A DNA stretch of 64,000 nt from an uncultured Candidatus Rokubacteria bacterium (lineage in GTDB: Bacteria > Methylomirabilota > Methylomirabilia > Rokubacteriales > DASRDR01), in NCBI GenBank assembly GCA_963749975.1, contig CAVVOZ010000016.1, positions 8,496 through 72,495 of the forward strand, in the 5' to 3' direction. Both the position numbers and the translations under genes were made by a program. The stretch's first letter is position 1; each line of letters starts with the position of its first letter. The notes under the pieces were generated by a model. It did not search any database. It had not been told where the DNA came from and was given only the letters and a program-made list of their open reading frames with translations. Below are positions 59,936 through 64,000 of this stretch, in pieces.

Positions 59936-59959
59936 TTAGAGCACCGGACCCCGTGACCG

Positions 59960-61984
59960 TCAATCGCGCGGGGGCTCCGGGCCGCCACCCCCGGCGATCG
60001 CCGCTCCGGCCGGGGCTCGCACCGTCACCGGCGCCCGCCGTCCCGCCGGCCACAGCGCGAGGCCGCCGCCCATGAGGATCACCAGCCCTCCCAGCCAGAT
60101 CCACGCGACCATCGGGTGAACCTGAGCCTTGATCTGGGCCCATTCACCCTGGCGGTCGAACGCGCCGAGAATCACGTAGAAGTCGCGGACGAAGCCGTAT
60201 CGCACCGCGACGGACGCGAACGGCGAGCTGGATCCCGGGTAGAGCCGCTGGCCCGGCCGGAGCGTCCCCGCGGGCCGGCCGGCCTCGCTCACCTCCAGGG
60301 CAGCCTGGACCAGGAGGTGCGTCGGCTGCTCCCCGGCCGAGAGCCCGGTGAAGCGCACGGCGTACCGGCCGAGCTCGAGCGTCTCCCCCTTCTTCAGCGT
60401 CGCCTCGCGCTCGAGCTTGCCCACGGTCGACGTGGCGACGCCGATCGCGACCAGGACCACGCCGAGGTGGACCACGAGCCCGCCGTAGCGCCGGTGGTTC
60501 TGCGCGAGGAGTCGGCCGACGGCCGTCGGCCAGGGCTCGCCGGTCGCGCGGCGGCGGCCCCGCGCCGCCCGCCAGAGCTCGCCCAGCACGATGGCGGCCA
60601 CGAAGTACGGGAGCGTGTAGCCGAGACCCACGAGCCCGAGCGGAAGCCCCCCGACCAGCCACGTGAGGAGGCTCGCGCCGAGGGCGACGGCGGCGGGCCC
60701 CTGGAGGAGGCGCCCCAGAACCGGCCACGACCCGCGCCGCCAGGGGACCAGCGGGCCCGCCCCCATCAGCAGGAGCGTGACGAGCAGGATGGGCACGCTC
60801 ACCCAGTTGAAGTACGGTGTGCCGACCGACACCTTGGCCCCCGTCACGGCTTCCGAGAGGAGCGGGAAGATCGTGCCCATGAACACGGTGAAGCAGAAGG
60901 CCACGAGCAGCACGTTGTTCACGAGGAACACGGACTCGCGCGACAGCAGGGCGTCGAGCTCCGCGCGCTCCCCGAGCCGGTCCCAGCGCCAGACGAGGAG
61001 CCCGAGCGACGTCAGCAGGATCGCGGCCAGGTAGGCCAGGAGGAAGGGGCCGATGGCCCCGCTGGCGAATGCGTGGACCGACGAGATCACGCCGCTCCGG
61101 GTGAGGAAGGTCCCGAAGATCGTGAGCGCGAAGGTGAGAGTGATCAGGGCCATGTTCCAGATCTTCAGCATCGGACGCCGCTCCTGGACCATGACCGAGT
61201 GCACGAACGCCGTCCCCATGAGCCAGGGCATGAACGAGGCGTTCTCCACCGGATCCCACGCCCAGTAGCCGCCCCACCCCAGCGTCCGGTATGACCACCA
61301 GCCGCCGTACAGCACCCCGGCGGTGAGGAAGAGCCACGCCGTGACGGTCCACCGCCGCGTCAGCGTGAGCCAGGTGCCGTCGAGCCGGCCGGCGAGCAGG
61401 GCAGCCACCGCGAACGCGAACGGGACCACGAAGCCGACGTAGCCCGTGTAGAGCAGGAGCGGGTGCACGAGCATGTCGGTGACCTCGAGGAGCGGGTTGA
61501 GCCCCCGGCCCTCGAGGGCGGGCTCGGCCAGGCGCTCGAACGGGCTCGCGATCACCGTCATCATCACCAGGAAGATCCCGGAGACGACGAAGAGCACGGC
61601 CAGCGCGTACCCCGACAGCTCCCGGCGCAGCGCCGCCGCCCGGCGCGCGACGAGCAGGACGAACAGCGCCTGCAGCCACTCCCAGAGGAGGATCGAGCCC
61701 TCCAGCGCCCCCCAGAGGCCGGCGATCCTGTAGCGCACCGGGCTCGCCGACGTGCTCGTGTCGGCGACGTACCGGACGCTGAAGTCGCTCGTGATCAGGA
61801 GGTACTCGAGGGCCACGACGGCGAGGGTCACGAGGACGAACTGGGCCACCGCGGCCCGCCGCGCGCTCGCGAGCCATCCCGGGGCGGCCGCGCGGCTCGC
61901 GCGGACGCCGAAGACCATGCCGGCGGCGGCGACGACGAGGGCGGCCAGCAGGGTGGCCGCGCCGAGCTCGGGGACCATGCTCAC
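59960..61984 (-). CDS. ccmF: Cytochrome c-type biogenesis heme lyase subunit CcmF
   Basis: WGGYWAWDPVENASFMPWL (WWD heme-handling motif), with a large polytopic membrane protein architecture. Confidence 0.9.
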   Translation of the reverse strand: MSMVPELGAATLLAALVVAAAGMVFGVRASRAAAPGWLASARRAAVAQFVLVTLAVVALEYLLITSDFSVRYVADTSTSASPVRYRIAGLWGALEGSILLWEWLQALFVLLVARRAAALRRELSGYALAVLFVVSGIFLVMMTVIASPFERLAEPALEGRGLNPLLEVTDMLVHPLLLYTGYVGFVVPFAFAVAALLAGRLDGTWLTLTRRWTVTAWLFLTAGVLYGGWWSYRTLGWGGYWAWDPVENASFMPWLMGTAFVHSVMVQERRPMLKIWNMALITLTFALTIFGTFLTRSGVISSVHAFASGAIGPFLLAYLAAILLTSLGLLVWRWDRLGERAELDALLSRESVFLVNNVLLVAFCFTVFMGTIFPLLSEAVTGAKVSVGTPYFNWVSVPILLVTLLLMGAGPLVPWRRGSWPVLGRLLQGPAAVALGASLLTWLVGGLPLGLVGLGYTLPYFVAAIVLGELWRAARGRRRATGEPWPTAVGRLLAQNHRRYGGLVVHLGVVLVAIGVATSTVGKLEREATLKKGETLELGRYAVRFTGLSAGEQPTHLLVQAALEVSEAGRPAGTLRPGQRLYPGSSSPFASVAVRYGFVRDFYVILGAFDRQGEWAQIKAQVHPMVAWIWLGGLVILMGGGLALWPAGRRAPVTVRAPAGAAIAGGGGPEPPRD

Positions 61985-62122
61985 CGGGCTAGCCTGTCCA
62001 GGGGCCCCGCCGCCCGTGGGCTCTCGCTGCGATTGATCGGACGGGTTCGATTGGACGGTCCCAATCGGACGGGCTCGATCGGACGAGCCTGGTCGGCCTT
62101 CGGCCTGTGGCGGCCTGTGGGC

Positions 62123-63071
62123 TCATGGACGGACGACGGGCGCGCCCGCCTTCGGCGTGGCCGCGAGCCGGGCCTTCGCATCCCGGAGCCGCTCCTGGGC
62201 ACGGTCGCGATCGGGTCCCGCCGGAGCGACGCGCACGAAACGCTCGAGCGTCGCGACCGCGCCCGCATGGTCCTGGCGCGCCTCCTGGACCCCCGCCTTG
62301 TCCCAGAGCGCGTGGGCGTAGTTGGGATCGATGGCGAGCGCCCGGTCGAACGCCTCGAGCGCGTCGGCGTGGTGACCCGCCAGGGCGAGGATCACGCCGA
62401 GGTGGGTGATGGCGTCGACGTTCCGGGGCTCGCGCCTGAGGATGGCGGTGTATGCGGCGATCGCCTCCTGGTAGCGGCCGGCATCGAGGCTCGCGTGCGC
62501 CGCCTGGAGCATTCCCTCGAGCATCTCCTTCGAAAGGGGACGGGGCGCGCCGCCGCCCCCCGCCGCCGCTGGATCCTGGCGCCATGGCGGAGGGCGCCCC
62601 GGGCCGGGCGGCGGTCATGTCGGGCTCCGGGGGCGCCGGCGTCGAGTAGCGTGAGACCAGGAGGCCCAGGACGACCCCGAATACGAGGAGCCCGACTCCC
62701 ATCGCGCCGAGGACGGCGGGCTGGCGGGTCCAGGGTGTCGCGGCGGCCCGAGTCGGCGAGGGAACACCCCGAGAAGGACGCGCGACCGGTCCGAGGGCGT
62801 CGAGCCGGCGGAGCACGGCGACCGCGTCGCCCTCGTACCGGGAGTGGAGGTCGCGATAGTCCTCGTCGTCCACGTGCCCCGCCACCCGGTCCAGCTCGAG
62901 CTCCCGGAGCGCCCGCAGCGCGATGACCTTCTCGTTCTCGAGCCCCGCCCGCTCGTCGTCGGCAGGCGCGGCGACGAGACGGGCTTGGCCGCTCCGGCGC
63001 ACGAGGGAGGGCCAGACGGCGAAGACCAGCGCCGGGACGGCGAGCGCGAGGGTCAGGAGGGCCGTCGTCAT
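62123..63071 (-). CDS. ccmI: Cytochrome c-type biogenesis protein CcmI/CycH (TM + TPR); apparent +1 frame break at the C6 run 62556-62561
   Basis: N-terminal TM segments are in ORF 61989..63071 (MTTALLTLALAVPALVFAVWP...). The TPR part is in ORF 62123..62524 (...DAGRYQEAIAAYTAILRREPRNVDAITHLGVILALAGHHADALEAFDRALAIDPNYAHALW). Confidence 0.65.
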
Positions 63072-63083
63072 CGTGGCGTCCCG

Positions 63084-63563
63084 CTAGTCGCCCAGGCGCT
63101 CGAGCTCGGCGGCGAGCCGCTCGCGCTCGGCCGGACCCACGGCGGGGGCTGCCGCCCGCTCCAGCGACGCCGGCTGCCGTCGCCAGCGCCGCGAGAGGCC
63201 CACGACCAGGGCGAGGCCGCCCGCCACCGCCCCGAACGGCGCAAGCCACAGGAGGAGGTTGAGCCCACGGGCCGGGGGAGCCAGAAGCACCCACTCGCCG
63301 TAGCGCTGGACGAAGTAGGCCATGACCTGTTCCGGCCGGTCTCCCGCCGCCAGCCGCTCGCGGATGAGGTCGCGCATCTGGCGCGCCATCTCGGAGGGCG
63401 AGTCGGCGACCGAGAGGTTCTGACACACGACGCAGCGCAGCTGGGTCGCGATGGCGTGGACCTCCTCGTCACTGACCGCCGCCGCCAGGGCGAGGCGGCC
63501 GGCGCCGACGCTCGGGACGAGGATCAGGAGCCAGACGGCAAGGAGCCGCGCCGCCGCGCTCAC
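63084..63563 (-). CDS. ccmH: Cytochrome c-type biogenesis protein CcmH
   Basis: LRCVVCQNLSVADS (the CXXC heme-handling motif) plus a C-terminal TM helix. The GTG start overlaps the upstream stop as GTGA. Confidence 0.85.
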   Translation of the reverse strand: MSAAARLLAVWLLILVPSVGAGRLALAAAVSDEEVHAIATQLRCVVCQNLSVADSPSEMARQMRDLIRERLAAGDRPEQVMAYFVQRYGEWVLLAPPARGLNLLLWLAPFGAVAGGLALVVGLSRRWRRQPASLERAAAPAVGPAERERLAAELERLGD

Positions 63564-64000
63564 TGGGGGAGCCTATCCGCCGGCCCTCGGCCTGCGAAGG
63601 CCGGCGGGACCACCCAGCCGGCAGCTCGCCACACCGCCCCGGGCCTTCGGTCGTTCTGACGGCCTTCGGCCCGTTGGATGTGTCGCTCTCCTCCGGCGGC
63701 TGCGCTCTCGCCGAGGAGCGGCTCGACCCACTCGCGAAAGACCGCCTCGGTGACGGCGCCGACGTGCTTGCGGCGGATCACCCCTTTCCGGTCGATCACG
63801 AACGTCTCGGGCACGCCGTAGACCCCGTAGTCGATCGAGACCTTGCCCGCGGGGTCGGGGGCGTTGGGGAAGGTGAGGCCGAAGCGCTGGATGAACTCCA
63901 GCGAGGCCGGGTCCTTGTCCTGGATGGCGACGCCGAGCACCAGCACCCCCTGCGCCTCGACCCGTCGCCAGCTTGCCTCGAGGACCGGCGCCTCCTCGTA
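63560..64000 (-). CDS. ccmG: TlpA/DsbE(CcmG)-like thioredoxin-fold protein, C-terminal part; runs off the right edge
   Basis: ...VLVLGVAIQDKDPASLEFIQRFGLTFPNAPDPAGKVSIDYGVYGVPETFVIDRKGVIR.... The reading frame is open to position 64000. The last roughly 50 codons are Arg/Gly/Ala-rich and may not be genuine. Confidence 0.65.
   Translation of the reverse strand, partial: YEEAPVLEASWRRVEAQGVLVLGVAIQDKDPASLEFIQRFGLTFPNAPDPAGKVSIDYGVYGVPETFVIDRKGVIRRKHVGAVTEAVFREWVEPLLGESAAAGGERHIQRAEGRQNDRRPGAVWRAAGWVVPPAFAGRGPADRLPQ

Noticed and set aside
63563-63700. The long C-terminal tail of the TlpA/CcmG-like protein as a genuine domain
   Set aside because: The roughly 50 codons after the thioredoxin fold are Arg/Gly/Ala-rich with no motif. 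They probably represent intergenic sequence read through because of a missed stop or an indel. I could not locate the true stop, so the ORF end is kept with reduced confidence.

Overview
High-GC (roughly 70% by eye) bacterial chromosomal segment from a diderm organism: Mla, TolC-like and Omp85-like proteins, a GT9 heptosyltransferase and system I cytochrome c maturation genes are all present. I support about 65 protein-coding genes. I saw no rRNA, tRNA, CRISPR array, transposase or phage gene.

Gene blocks, left to right:
- pdxR-pdxS-pdxT
- OmpR-type response regulator and PhoR-like kinase, then malQ
- PAP2 / GT9 / GNAT envelope genes
- AraC remnant next to a vapBC toxin-antitoxin module
- Stand-alone molybdopterin oxidoreductase
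- ECF sigma operon
- Lysine-2,3-aminomutase plus two ATP-grasp ligases
- Secreted protein with an almost perfect internal tandem duplication
- phnW-phnA with a dimethylglycine-dehydrogenase-like flavoenzyme
- Two luciferase-like monooxygenases and RidA
- A large hopanoid island: shc followed by mlaEFD-OMP-mlaC on one strand; hpnH, hpnG, Omp85, hpnA, hpnD, two Zn-dehydrogenases and ispH on the other
- pyk, gdh, ligA and ccmGHIF

Most interesting candidates:
1. A soluble zinc-finger anti-sigma factor fused to an O6-alkylguanine alkyltransferase domain and an Ada-type Cys4 zinc domain. It is translationally coupled to an ECF sigma factor upstream and a haloacetate-dehalogenase-like hydrolase downstream. 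This looks like an alkylation-sensing sigma/anti-sigma module.
2. An Mla-type ABC lipid transporter in the same gene string as squalene-hopene cyclase.
3. Two MDR dehydrogenases inside the hpn cluster, as candidates for the unassigned ribosylhopane-to-bacteriohopanetetrol reduction.
4. A kamA / double ATP-grasp / DUF3109 cluster.

Major caveat: at least 14 conserved genes are broken by single-base frame shifts. Almost all are +1 in the direction of translation, and many sit at short homopolymers. This looks like systematic indel error, so every gene boundary and every apparent fusion here needs read-level confirmation.
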